This document shows, piece after piece, positions 1 to 10,798 of a stretch of DNA of 64,000 nucleotides. Each line of letters starts with the position of its first letter. Position 1 is the stretch's first letter. The stretch spans positions 1,824,001 through 1,888,000 of the forward strand of contig OZ255726.1 in NCBI GenBank assembly GCA_965277405.1, given 5' to 3'. The translations under genes and the position numbers were made by a program. The notes beneath the pieces are model-generated. The model ran no database searches, was not told the DNA's origin, and was given only the letters and a program-made list of their open reading frames with translations. The stretch comes from Gammaproteobacteria bacterium (GTDB taxonomy: Bacteria > Pseudomonadota > Gammaproteobacteria > G965277405).

Positions 1-484
1 GGAAAACAACCGCGCAGGTATTACCTTTTCACTCACAAGCGACCTCCCCAATGTCAACGGCAGGTATTCTATCTTCTTAGACATGCCAATCAACCAGACA
101 ATCACCACAACACACAACACCTGGAGCATAACATTGCGCAAACAGCAATACCAACTACCATTTGCTGTGCGGCTTATTGAATTTGTCCAAGACTACTATC
201 CGGGAACCAACATTGCTCGTGGCTTTTCATCATTGGTTGAAATCAAAGACGCCGGTATCACCCTCCGCGCACATATCTCAATGAATAACCCGCTCCGCTA
301 TCAACACTATACCTTGTATCAGTCAGCGTTTATAGGCGGAACAACAGCTGCATCTGTTTTGGCTGTTGTAGCTAATCCAGGCTTTTTTATTCCATACATC
401 GCCTGCTTGGTGATCGCATTGGGTTTACTCATCCACCTTGCCCTACAGGTTCCATCAATGCTTGAGCGTACCGAGCAACTATGA
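1..484 (+). CDS. Cytochrome c biogenesis protein ResB/Ccs1-like, C-terminal part (5' end outside window)
   Basis: Frame is open from base 2 to the stop at 484. Motifs LPFAVRLIEF..DYYPGT and ISMNNPLRY..YTLYQS plus a C-terminal TM helix are typical of ResB-like proteins; overlaps the ccsA start. Confidence 0.75.
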   Translation, partial: ENNRAGITFSLTSDLPNVNGRYSIFLDMPINQTITTTHNTWSITLRKQQYQLPFAVRLIEFVQDYYPGTNIARGFSSLVEIKDAGITLRAHISMNNPLRYQHYTLYQSAFIGGTTAASVLAVVANPGFFIPYIACLVIALGLLIHLALQVPSMLERTEQL

Positions 485-2304
485 AAAAAATGCTGCTGAT
501 AATAGCAGCGCTACTGATATTTCCAGCGTATGGAGGGCAATTGTCCGCAGAACAACGTAGCCAAATCGGTCAACTACCAGTGCAATACCAAGGGCGCATC
601 CAGCCAATTGCCGTGTTTGCTGAAAACATGCTGCTGCAGTTTGCAAATTCACGCAGTATTGCTAACCAAGCTGCAGTTGACTGGCTATTGCAAACACTAT
701 TCCAACCAGAACAGCAATACTCCATCCCATTGTTTGCTATCCGCAACCCAAATGTGGCAACATGGTTGCGTCTACCTGAGCGCAACCCCCCACTGTATAG
801 TTTTATTGAAATTTCAACTAATGCCCAGCTACTACAACCAACGCTGAATGCAATCCAAAAAAAACCACTGTCACAACGCAGTATTATTGAAAATCAACTA
901 TGGGAATTATATAGCGCGACATTGTTGTTCTTTGACCTTAGCCGCACGCTTTCTGCATTGCTGCCAACCCTAGTTGTCACTGATGACGAGCTAGCACAAA
1001 CACTCAATATTCAACCGCAACAACAATATAGTTATATTCAGCTCAATCGGCGCACTGCTGCAATCCAACCAAACAGGCTTGCAGCCAGCACCCGTAAATC
1101 CTTGAACCAGCTACAGGCGCAATTAGATACTTTAGCAAACGATGCACTCAGTCAAACCATGCGACTGATACCTACTGCCACAGACAGCTGGCTGTCGCCA
1201 TGGCAGATAATCCAAAGTGGTGCCGGTTCACCAATGGTTGCAAAATACATCAGCAGCTGGCAGCAATTTGCTGCTGCCTATCTTGACAATAATCAGCAAG
1301 ATATGCGCCAATCCAGCGCGGCATTGTTGGCAACGAGCACCACAGACTTTGCTAGAATGTATTCTACATTGAGAATTGTACTTGAATATTGGCAACTGCG
1401 CACCAGCCCTTTTACTTGGTTAACAGCCGGCTATGCTATCCTCGCCTGCGCATGGTTGTGGGTCGTTATCCGCCGCCTTAACAGCAATCATCGCCTGTTG
1501 TTCGCCGCAACGTGGTTGACCATTGCCGCACATGCCGCTGCGATTGCTGTCCGCGTCTATATTGTAAACCGCCCTCCAGTTGCAACATTATATGAATCGA
1601 TTATCGCCGCAGGCATGGTTGCGGCAGTGTTTGCGGTGCTGCTGGAGCAACAGCAGTACAACAGCACATTTGTCGGCACACCTGCTCTTGCGGGTACATT
1701 GATTGCTGCCACGTTGTTGTGGCTCAGCCATGGCTACGCCGCCGCAGGTGACACCATGGGGGTGTTAGTTGCCGTACTCAACAGTAATTTTTGGCTCACT
1801 ACGCATGTCATTTGCGTGATTCTTGGCTACGGTTGCGGACTATTGGCGAGTATACTCGCCCATATCTATTTATTGCGCAGATGCTTTATAGCGCACCAAC
1901 GCATCCTGCAACATTACAACGCGGCTATGGTCATCGGTCTTTTCGCCTTATTCTTTATTAGCTTTGGTACGATTTTAGGCGGTATCTGGGCAGACCAATC
2001 TTGGGGAAGGTTTTGGGGCTGGGATCCAAAAGAAAACGGCGCGCTGGCAATATCACTATGGTTATTGATCACGTTTCACAGTAAATGGGCAGCGGCTAAA
2101 CCGCTGACCGTTGCCACGTGCATGGCAGTTACCGCTGTGGTGATTATGCTCGCTTGGTTCGGGGTAAATTTACTCAATACCGGATTACATTCGTATGGAT
2201 TTACACAAAATATCGCCGCAAATTTAATACTGTTTATTGGCGCAGAAGCACTGCTGTTAAGCACAATCCATGGTTGGATACACACCCGCAAATGCGCTGG
2301 CTAA
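481..2304 (+). CDS. ccsA: Cytochrome c biogenesis protein CcsA (System II), long form with N-terminal periplasmic domain
   Basis: WWD motif GGIWADQSWGRFWGWDPKE, conserved His in WLTTHV and GLHSYG, multiple TM helices. Confidence 0.93.
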   Translation: MKKMLLIIAALLIFPAYGGQLSAEQRSQIGQLPVQYQGRIQPIAVFAENMLLQFANSRSIANQAAVDWLLQTLFQPEQQYSIPLFAIRNPNVATWLRLPERNPPLYSFIEISTNAQLLQPTLNAIQKKPLSQRSIIENQLWELYSATLLFFDLSRTLSALLPTLVVTDDELAQTLNIQPQQQYSYIQLNRRTAAIQPNRLAASTRKSLNQLQAQLDTLANDALSQTMRLIPTATDSWLSPWQIIQSGAGSPMVAKYISSWQQFAAAYLDNNQQDMRQSSAALLATSTTDFARMYSTLRIVLEYWQLRTSPFTWLTAGYAILACAWLWVVIRRLNSNHRLLFAATWLTIAAHAAAIAVRVYIVNRPPVATLYESIIAAGMVAAVFAVLLEQQQYNSTFVGTPALAGTLIAATLLWLSHGYAAAGDTMGVLVAVLNSNFWLTTHVICVILGYGCGLLASILAHIYLLRRCFIAHQRILQHYNAAMVIGLFALFFISFGTILGGIWADQSWGRFWGWDPKENGALAISLWLLITFHSKWAAAKPLTVATCMAVTAVVIMLAWFGVNLLNTGLHSYGFTQNIAANLILFIGAEALLLSTIHGWIHTRKCAG

Positions 2305-2864
2305 TATACATATTCATCCCGTTGGCGATGGTTGCCACCAGCGTCGTTGGGCTATGGCATACTATCTGGTTGCCAACCGCTGCAACTACAGTGTATACCC
2401 ATGCAGCCGTGAGTTTAACCAAGTTACCTGAGGTCAGTTTGCCGCTACTCGACAGCCAACAAGCTGCAAGCAACACAATAGCTATAAGCGACAAAACAGG
2501 TGCGGCTACCATTATTAATTTCTGGGCTTCGTGGTGTGGTCCATGTCGCGAAGAGTTGCCGCTGCTGTTTGACTTGGTAAATCGCTATCCAAAACTCCAC
2601 TTAATCACCATCAATAATGACCTAAAAAAAACACAAGCACTCGAGTTCATGCGCACCATGTTGGCAAACAACACAATTGATGGGCAACGTGTCAGTTGGT
2701 TTTGGGATGAAACTCTCCAGGTTTCACCCCAACAATTTGGCGTATATCGCCTACCAGAAAGTTTTATTAGCGATGCTAATAACACCATCGTCACCAAAAT
2801 AGTTGGACTCAATGACTGGAATAACGGCACAGGAGAACGCGTTATTAGCAAATTATTGCCATGA
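2292..2864 (+). CDS. TlpA/ResA-family membrane-anchored thiol-disulfide oxidoreductase
   Basis: INFWASWCGPCREELP and GVYRLPESF motifs; N-terminal TM anchor from ATG 2292 (in frame with the ORF at 2118). Confidence 0.88.
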   Translation: MRWLIYIFIPLAMVATSVVGLWHTIWLPTAATTVYTHAAVSLTKLPEVSLPLLDSQQAASNTIAISDKTGAATIINFWASWCGPCREELPLLFDLVNRYPKLHLITINNDLKKTQALEFMRTMLANNTIDGQRVSWFWDETLQVSPQQFGVYRLPESFISDANNTIVTKIVGLNDWNNGTGERVISKLLP

Positions 2865-2910
2865 ATAGCGTTGCCTCGTTGGCAGCAACTGCAACCACGC
2901 ATACGCTGAT

Positions 2911-2957
2911 GGAGCCGCTGCTTAACTCGCTCCATCAGCGAGTTAAGCAGCGGCTCC
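2911..2957. repeat. Perfect 21-bp-stem hairpin, a miniature MITE-end derivative
   Basis: ggagccgctgcttaactcgct-ccatc-agcgagttaagcagcggctcc; resembles the MITE end ggaacctctgattaactcgctgatggag. Confidence 0.85.
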
Positions 2958-2977
2958 CTACAACACGAGCATTTTTT

Positions 2978-3598
2978 ATGAACACTATCACCACCCAAGA
3001 CGATATAGCTAATGGTTGTAAATATCTTTGCAAAAAGGAGCCTGCGTTTGCAACAGCAGTCGCGCTGATTGAGACGATTCCATTACGGTTGCGTCCCAGT
3101 GGTTTTACCACAGTGCTGCAAACTATTGTTTCCCAACAGCTCTCTGTTGCCTCAGCGGCTGCCACTTGGAAACGTCTTGTTGCATGCGGTTTAGATAACG
3201 CAGCAACATTGCTAGCGGCAGATGAGCAACAACTACGATCATGTGGACTATCGCATCAAAAAATACGCTATGCGCGCGCACTTGCAACAAGCAATATCGA
3301 CTTTGAGGCATTAAAAACATCCAGCAATGATGCGGTTATTGCCACGCTTATTCAAGTTCAAGGTATCGGGCGTTGGAGTGCTGAAATCTATGCAATGTTC
3401 GCGCTTGGTCGTGCAGACGTATTTGCTGCAGGTGACCTTGCCTTGCAAGAAAGTACGCGAATGTTGTTTGCGTTGCCAGCACGCCCAACGGTAACACAAA
3501 TGCGCGAACGCGCAGCAACATGGTCACCATGGCAGGCAGTTGCAGCGCGGATATTATGGAGCTATTACCATGTTATGAAGCAGCGTGAGGGTATTTAG
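2978..3598 (+). CDS. alkA: DNA-3-methyladenine glycosylase II (AlkA/HhH-GPD family)
   Basis: IVSQQLSVASA, HhH motif LIQVQGIGRWSAEIY, DVFAAGDLAL and WSPW motifs. ATG 2978 preferred over 2861, whose extension runs through the hairpin. Confidence 0.88.
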   Translation: MNTITTQDDIANGCKYLCKKEPAFATAVALIETIPLRLRPSGFTTVLQTIVSQQLSVASAAATWKRLVACGLDNAATLLAADEQQLRSCGLSHQKIRYARALATSNIDFEALKTSSNDAVIATLIQVQGIGRWSAEIYAMFALGRADVFAAGDLALQESTRMLFALPARPTVTQMRERAATWSPWQAVAARILWSYYHVMKQREGI

Positions 3599-3628
3599 CA
3601 AGCACAACTTTATTTAATTTTTATTATT

Positions 3629-3646
3629 GGAAGCGCTGATTAAGTC
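3629..3646 (+). repeat. Solo IS5/MITE terminal inverted repeat remnant
   Basis: ggaagcgctgattaagtc versus IS end ggaagctctgattaagtc. Confidence 0.7.
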
Positions 3647-3664
3647 ATTGATGATGTGGATTGA

Positions 3665-3692
3665 TTGACATTCAACGCTTAATGGGTAGAAT
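3665..3692 (+). promoter_or_regulatory. Putative sigma70 promoter of ilvIHC
   Basis: TTGACA (3665-3670), 16-nt spacer, TAGAAT (3687-3692), about 115 nt before the ilvI ATG, which has an AAGGAG RBS. Confidence 0.6.
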
Positions 3693-3806
3693 GCTTATCC
3701 GCTGTTACTCGCAGCATTATTAATCCGATCCCACAAGGAGCGGTTTCAACAAACTATCTAGCGCGTTGGCATCTTTTTTGGGCATCTATTCATTAAGGAG
3801 ATTCAT

Positions 3807-5531
3807 ATGCCCAACCTTGCTGGCGGCGAAATGTTATTGAGGGCGCTTGCTGATGAAGGTGTTAAATACATCTTTGGCTATCCTGGCGGCGCAGTATTAC
3901 ACATCTACGATGCCATCTATACCCAAGATAAAGTAACCCATGTCTTGGTACGCCACGAACAAGCTGCAGCACATATGGCAGACGGCTATGCCCGCGCCAC
4001 GGGTAAAGCTGGGGTGGTATTGGTCACGTCTGGGCCTGGTGCGACCAATGCGATTACAGGGATTGCTACTGCGTTTATGGATTCTATTCCAATGGTAGTT
4101 ATTTCTGGGCAAGTTGCATCTGCGCTAATTGGTTCTGATGCATTCCAAGAAATCGACATGCTGGGTATTTCACGCCCTGTGGTAAAACACAACTTTACAG
4201 TTGCAAACCCTGCGCATATCCCAGAAATTGTTAAAAAAGCCTTTTATATTGCAGAAAGCGGTCGCCCAGGTCCAGTGGTCATTGACATCCCCAAAGATAT
4301 GACTGACCCAGCGTTAAAACTACCATACAGCTACCCAAAATCTGTAAGTTTGCGTACATACAACCCAACTACAATAGGCCACAGCGGGCAGATTAAAAAA
4401 GCTTGTGAACTGATTATTAAAGCACATAAGCCAATTTTGTATACCGGCGGTGGGATAATTTTAGACAAGGCAAGTGTGCCGTTGTATGAACTCGCTACGC
4501 TGTTACGCATCCCGGTAACCAACACGCTGATGGGGTTGGGAGCATTTCCAGGAACCCACGAGCAATTCTTAGGAATGCTCGGTATGCACGGCAGCCATGA
4601 AGCCAATCAAGCGATGCATAATAGTGATTTAATTATTGCCATCGGCGCGCGATTTGACGATAGGGTTACCAATAATATTGCGATGTTCTGCCCGCATGCA
4701 ACCATTATTCATGTAGACATCGACCCATCGAATATTGGTAAAACAGTCCGCGTCGACGTTCCAATCGTTGGCCCGTGTTCTCAAGTTATCAATGCAATGA
4801 TTGCAGAATTACGCCCGCTGGTTGCAGAACATGATACCACAGCGCTCGATGCATGGTGGTCTACAATCAACGCGTGGAGACAAAAAGACAGGTTCCCGTA
4901 TACAACCAACGACACATTACTCAAAGCGCAACAAGTTATAAAAGCGGTATACGATCACACCAAAGGCGACGCCTACGTCACTTCTGATGTCGGCCAACAC
5001 CAAATGTTTGCCGCGCAGCATTATATATTTGACAAGCCGAACCGCTGGATTAACTCAGGCAGCCTAGGCACCATGGGTTTTGGTCTCCCGGCGGCAATGG
5101 GTGTATTGTTTGCCGACCCAAAAGAAGCCGTGGTATGCATCACCAGTGAAGGAAGCATTCAAATGTGCATCCAAGAACTTTCTACATGCAAACAATGGGG
5201 TCTTCCTGTGAAAATCATCAACTTGAACAACCAATCTCTGGGGATGATAAAGCAGTGGCAAGACATGCAATATGATGGCCGCCATTCAAATTCGTATATG
5301 TCATCGTTGCCTGACTTTGTCATGCTAACCGAAGCCTATCAACATAAAGCCATCCAAGTCCGAACGCCAAAAGAACTGCAACCAGCACTTGATAAAGCGT
5401 TTGGTGAATGGAAAGATGAACTGGTTTTCTTAGATATTTTGGTCGACCCAGACGAGCATGTATACCCGATGCAAATCGCTAAAAGTCGCATTAATGATAT
5501 GTGGTTAAATAAATTGGAACGCACAGAATGA
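3807..5531 (+). CDS. ilvI: Acetolactate synthase large subunit
   Basis: FGYPGGAVL, VRHEQAA, TSGPGATN, DVGQHQMFAAQ and GTMGFGLPAA motifs. Confidence 0.96.
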   Translation: MPNLAGGEMLLRALADEGVKYIFGYPGGAVLHIYDAIYTQDKVTHVLVRHEQAAAHMADGYARATGKAGVVLVTSGPGATNAITGIATAFMDSIPMVVISGQVASALIGSDAFQEIDMLGISRPVVKHNFTVANPAHIPEIVKKAFYIAESGRPGPVVIDIPKDMTDPALKLPYSYPKSVSLRTYNPTTIGHSGQIKKACELIIKAHKPILYTGGGIILDKASVPLYELATLLRIPVTNTLMGLGAFPGTHEQFLGMLGMHGSHEANQAMHNSDLIIAIGARFDDRVTNNIAMFCPHATIIHVDIDPSNIGKTVRVDVPIVGPCSQVINAMIAELRPLVAEHDTTALDAWWSTINAWRQKDRFPYTTNDTLLKAQQVIKAVYDHTKGDAYVTSDVGQHQMFAAQHYIFDKPNRWINSGSLGTMGFGLPAAMGVLFADPKEAVVCITSEGSIQMCIQELSTCKQWGLPVKIINLNNQSLGMIKQWQDMQYDGRHSNSYMSSLPDFVMLTEAYQHKAIQVRTPKELQPALDKAFGEWKDELVFLDILVDPDEHVYPMQIAKSRINDMWLNKLERTE

Positions 5532-6022
5532 AACATTTGATTGCTGTACTAATCGAAAATCAATCTGGCGCGCTGTCCACTGTGGCAGGGTTGTTTTCCC
5601 AACGTAGCTATAACATTGACTCGCTTACCGTAGCACCAACCCAGGATGCAACGTTATCGCGAATTACGATTGCAACACAAGGAGATGCTCATATTCTTGA
5701 ACAAATCGTCAAGCAACTCAACAAACTAGTGGTAACATTTAAAGTCATCGAACTCTCTGACCAACAGCACATAGAGCGCGAAGTAGCACTCGTCAAAGTC
5801 CGCGCCATCGGCGAACAACGAACAGAAATGCATCGTTTAGTCGAAGTATTTCGCTGCCATATTATTGATATTACTCCAAAAACATTCGTCATTCAGGTTG
5901 CAGGAAAAAGCAAAAAGATTGATGCGTTTTTGGCAGCAGTCGGTAGCAAATATTTGCTAGAACTTACCCGTAGCGGCGTATTGGGTATCTCCCGTGGAGA
6001 CAAGGCAATGGCTATTCAATAA
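5528..6022 (+). CDS. ilvH: Acetolactate synthase small regulatory subunit
   Basis: ACT domain ENQSGAL..VAGLFSQRSYNIDSLTV, and EQIVKQLNKL. Confidence 0.95.
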   Translation: MKHLIAVLIENQSGALSTVAGLFSQRSYNIDSLTVAPTQDATLSRITIATQGDAHILEQIVKQLNKLVVTFKVIELSDQQHIEREVALVKVRAIGEQRTEMHRLVEVFRCHIIDITPKTFVIQVAGKSKKIDAFLAAVGSKYLLELTRSGVLGISRGDKAMAIQ

Positions 6023-6030
6023 TTCAATAA

Positions 6031-7077
<1,047 letters not shown>

Positions 7078-7235
7078 TAATTAAAGGCGAGCTTCCTTAA
7101 CAAGACATGAGTTGCAATATAAATCTTGCTAATTAAGTGTTTTTTATTAATTGATACTGTTACAATCAAAAGCCAACGATAACAGTTTCACAGCATTAAT
7201 ATTTAAGCAATTATTATTTTGCTGCAGACACACCA

Positions 7236-8114
7236 ATGTTCACTTGCACTCAAGCGCAGCTATTTTTGAATATGCGTAAAGCGGTTATCGCTACCTTACT
7301 GTTTTGTTTTCCCTCCAGTATATGTGCGTATGGAGACGATAATGGCTTGAGCGGCTACGATGCGTTTGGCAACTTTACATCGTTCCAGCAACAATTACCG
7401 CAGCGGCAAAGAAACGATATTCCCAAATACTTCCCCAAGATAGCCTCACGCCAAGATTTTGAACGGCGCAAATACTACGAGCTTGTCAACAAGTATTTTT
7501 CAAATATGATTAGATTTTTTGAATCAAGGATATATATTGCATTTGATTCTTCAGTCGTCAGCGTATTTAACCAACGCTTAAATGAATACGACAAAAATTT
7601 TGGCACTTCATTATATTATTCAAAAGATCGTTTTTGGCCAACATACGTTGAGTTACTCTCTATTATCAATGAACAATTTATCTGGTCTGCTGCTCGTGTC
7701 CACTTAGTAAAGAATTATGAAACAATCGCCACAATAGTACAAACGTACCAGAATCCATATTTATCTGGCGAAGGCGAACAATATTTCCAACACGACCTAG
7801 TGTTTTTGAACCCAAAACTCATCAAGAACCCGCCAAAAGCAGGCGATTTATTATTGTTACCGCCCAAAACGTTAACTTCTAGCCCTGCGTATTTCGTCCC
7901 GATCAGTCACAATCAGAGTTTACAATTGCCATTCGTTGCGAGCATACCGCTACGTAAGGGTCGCTCATTTATAGAATATGCAGAAAACGACATAACATTA
8001 GCTAGTAGTGGGAGGGCTTTAAACGATGCGTTGTCAAAAAAAACTCCTGCACGTAGTGGTTCACTAATTCTGCGCCAATCTGCCGCCACAGACAGCACAG
8101 CGCCAACAAAATAG
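7236..8114 (+). CDS. Hypothetical, probably exported protein
   Basis: 292-aa ORF; signal-peptide-like segment from the second Met (MRKAVIATLLFCFPSSICA); no family recognised. Confidence 0.6.
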   Translation: MFTCTQAQLFLNMRKAVIATLLFCFPSSICAYGDDNGLSGYDAFGNFTSFQQQLPQRQRNDIPKYFPKIASRQDFERRKYYELVNKYFSNMIRFFESRIYIAFDSSVVSVFNQRLNEYDKNFGTSLYYSKDRFWPTYVELLSIINEQFIWSAARVHLVKNYETIATIVQTYQNPYLSGEGEQYFQHDLVFLNPKLIKNPPKAGDLLLLPPKTLTSSPAYFVPISHNQSLQLPFVASIPLRKGRSFIEYAENDITLASSGRALNDALSKKTPARSGSLILRQSAATDSTAPTK

Positions 8115-8300
8115 TATTACTAGCAACACAGGTTCGCCAAGCGTTATTCAACGCAGCAGCGCCAACAACAATATAACGCGTGATACGGTCAATGTACGCC
8201 GAAATATCCAGTTCACCACTCCTCAACGTGCATTAATGCAAGCTCCTGCGACGAACAATACCGCCGCTGGTATTGCACCCAAAACATTTATTAGCTCTAA

Positions 8301-9493
8301 GGAAGCTCTGATTAAGTCCCATACAACAGCAATATCAGCTACAAAGATATACAATGGTGAATCTATTTGAATAAGCGGATAATCTTATGCAACAAACAAC
8401 TTTTGCCAGTGCTGCATACGACCACAAGAAAGTAACAACAAAACGTGAAAAATTCTTGCAGTTAATGGACAAATTAGCTCCATGGCAACAGTTGTTAGAG
8501 TTAATAGAACCGCATTATCCCAAGAAAGGGAATGGCCGCCCACCGATTAATATGCAGACCATGTTACGCATTTATTTTTTACAGCAATGGTACAACTTAT
8601 CAGACCCAGGGGTAGAAGAAGCACTATATGACATGGAAAGCATGCGGCGTTTTGCCCATATAGAGCTGATAGACGATGCCATCCCTGCTGAAACTACCAT
8701 CTTGAACTTGCCCGCAGGATCATAGAAAAACATCAACTCAGCGTCAAGATACTTGCTGTGGTGAATGAGTATTGTATGGAAAATAATATAACAATCTCAC
8801 CAGGGACAATGGTTGCTGCCACGACCATCAATGCGCCATCATCTACGAAGAATAAAGAGAAAAAACGGGATCCTGAAATGCATCAAACCCGCAAAGGCAA
8901 TCAGTGGTATTTTGGCATGAAGATTCATATAGGAACTGACGCTAATAGCAATATGATGCATAGCGCGGCAATGCCTACCACCACAGCCGCGAATGAAGCT
9001 GACATCAATGAACTCCCCAAATTGCTGCGTGAAACAGATAAGGTTATCTTTGCCGATGCAGGATATACGAGCGACAGTTATAAACGCGGCTCGCGTCACC
9101 TTGGGATAGATTGGCGCGTGAATGATAAACGTAAACCAAAGCAGCAAATGAGCGGCTCGCAGCGCAAACGCAATAGACAGAACTCTAAGGTGCGCGCCCG
9201 GATTGAGCACTGTTTTCGGGTAATCAAATGTCAGTTTGGTTATAAGAAAGCTCGCTACAAAGGACTAGAAAAGAATCGAGTACAAGTATTTTCTTTGCTG
9301 GCATTGACGAACTTATACATGCTGCGAGGACGACTAACAGGATAGAACCGCCCAAAATTCAAGAAAAACAGTAAAAAACAGTAAAAAACAGTAAAACAGC
9401 AACACGAAGATCAGCGAAATGATCAAATATTGACCATTGAAAATTATTGCTATTATTTTTTTGGAGTATATGCGAGGCTTAATCAGAGCTTCC
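8301..9493 (+). mobile_element. IS5-family insertion sequence (1193 bp), defective
   Basis: Terminal inverted repeats GGAAGCTCTGATTAA (8301-8315) and TTAATCAGAGCTTCC (9479-9493); flanks CTAA and TTAA (YTAR-type targets); encloses an IS5 transposase. Confidence 0.92.
8387..9345 (+). pseudogene. IS5 transposase pseudogene (frameshift near 8708-8713)
   Basis: MLRIYFLQQWYNLSDP, RDPEMHQTRKGNQWYFGMKIHIG, FADAGY and RARIEH motifs; split into ORFs 8387-8725 and 8758-9345; the VDAT motif reads VAAT and PDET reads PAET. Confidence 0.9.
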
Positions 9494-9742
9494 TTAAGCC
9501 GAAGTGCGCAGATAATACTGTTGGTCTTGTGGGTGTTGCCAAGTGCTGCAACGACGCTGCGCAGCGTTTTTGCTCCGTCGTTGTGTTGAATATACTTTGG
9601 GTTTGCGGCAGCGGTACTTGCTGTGTTGCATCCCTTGGCGTATAGCTAGGTCATGCGCCAGCGGTTTGCGTGCGGTTTGCGCCTTGCAATCATCAGCAAT
9701 TGCAGGCAAACTCGCTCCATCAGCGAGTTAATCAGAGGTTTC
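9494..9742 (-). mobile_element. MITE copy lacking one end, abutting the IS5 right end
   Basis: Internal sequence matches the MITEs at 16517, 26721 and 45524; ends in ttaatcagaggtttc. Confidence 0.85.
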
Positions 9743-9830
9743 CTATGGAGCGTTTGCTGCATGTTCTGACACACTTACAATCACCAGGAATTCACACCGC
9801 TCGCATTGTTATGCACAACGAGAAAGCACT

Positions 9831-10757
9831 ATGAACATCTACACACAACAATCACTATTTAAGCGCATGGTTTACGTGCGTCAGCAACGTTATCCGTATC
9901 CGCTCACAAGTGTGTTGCCAGGAATGTCTGTGGTATTGCTGAGTATTGTCTTGCTCGCCGCAACCCTGACTGCCCATGCAGCAACGCCACAGCGGGTTGT
10001 TAGCATTAGCAGTGCCGTCACCGAAATAATCTATGATCTTGGCAAGCAAGATACCCTCGTCGCTAACGACACCACCAGCTATTACCCTGCTGCTGCAGCG
10101 CAACTCCCCAAAGTTGGATATATGCGGGCACTTTCTGCCGAAGGTATTCTTTCACTTAGCCCAGATTTAGTCATTCTTACCAATGAGTCAGGACCACCAA
10201 CAGTATTACACCAACTCAGCAATGCTGGTGTTGAACTACTCGTGCTGCAAGAACGCCACACCATCGCAAGCATTGTCGATAAAATAGCGCGTATTGCTGC
10301 TGCCCTCGGTGTTCCTGCCAAAGGTAATGCCCTCATTCACCGTATTCATCAGCAACATGCAGCACTTAAAAAAAGTGTCGCAAACACAGACAATATGCCA
10401 AAAGTACTGTTTATAATGCAAAATAGCGCCATACCGCTGGTCGCAGGCAGCAACACAGCAGCAGATAGTATTATTCGGCTATCAGGCGCGACAAACTCCG
10501 TGGCTACATTTAGCGGCTATAAACCACTCACTCCAGAAGCAGCCATTGTGTATGCCCCTGATATTTTATTATTTACCACGCGAGGATTAACGCAGGCAGG
10601 TGGGAGACAAGGAGTGCTCAACATACCCGGCCTAGCACTCACCCCAGCTGGAAAAAATAAACGTATTATCGCGATGGACTCGATGCTGATGCTGGGTTTT
10701 GGTCCGCGTACTGCTGCAGCTGCTACCCAATTATTATCAGCATATGCAACGCCATAA
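9831..10757 (+). CDS. hmuT: Heme ABC transporter periplasmic binding protein (start may be 9924)
   Basis: RVVSISSAVTEIIYDLG, DTTSYYP, VGYMRALSAEGILSL (heme-ligand Tyr) and LGFGPR motifs. Confidence 0.9.
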   Translation: MNIYTQQSLFKRMVYVRQQRYPYPLTSVLPGMSVVLLSIVLLAATLTAHAATPQRVVSISSAVTEIIYDLGKQDTLVANDTTSYYPAAAAQLPKVGYMRALSAEGILSLSPDLVILTNESGPPTVLHQLSNAGVELLVLQERHTIASIVDKIARIAAALGVPAKGNALIHRIHQQHAALKKSVANTDNMPKVLFIMQNSAIPLVAGSNTAADSIIRLSGATNSVATFSGYKPLTPEAAIVYAPDILLFTTRGLTQAGGRQGVLNIPGLALTPAGKNKRIIAMDSMLMLGFGPRTAAAATQLLSAYATP

Positions 10758-10798
10758 TATATTCTAAAATAACTGCAATCGTTGTCAAGATCGTACCC

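Noticed and set aside
7151-7171. ttgatactgttacaatcaa, similar to the UmuDAb operator
   Set aside because: Right half-site spacing is N2 rather than N4, in AT-rich DNA where chance matches are likely.
8700-8760. Programmed frameshift in the IS5 transposase
   Set aside because: No slippery A-run at the break, and separate catalytic-motif substitutions indicate decay.
9363-9399. (aaaaacagta) tandem repeat
   Set aside because: Lies in the non-coding right end of the dead IS; probably slippage without function.
9430-9731. Small ORFs here and at 16475-16657, 26703-26951 and 45383-45878
   Set aside because: They are translations of MITE sequence, with no independent coding evidence.
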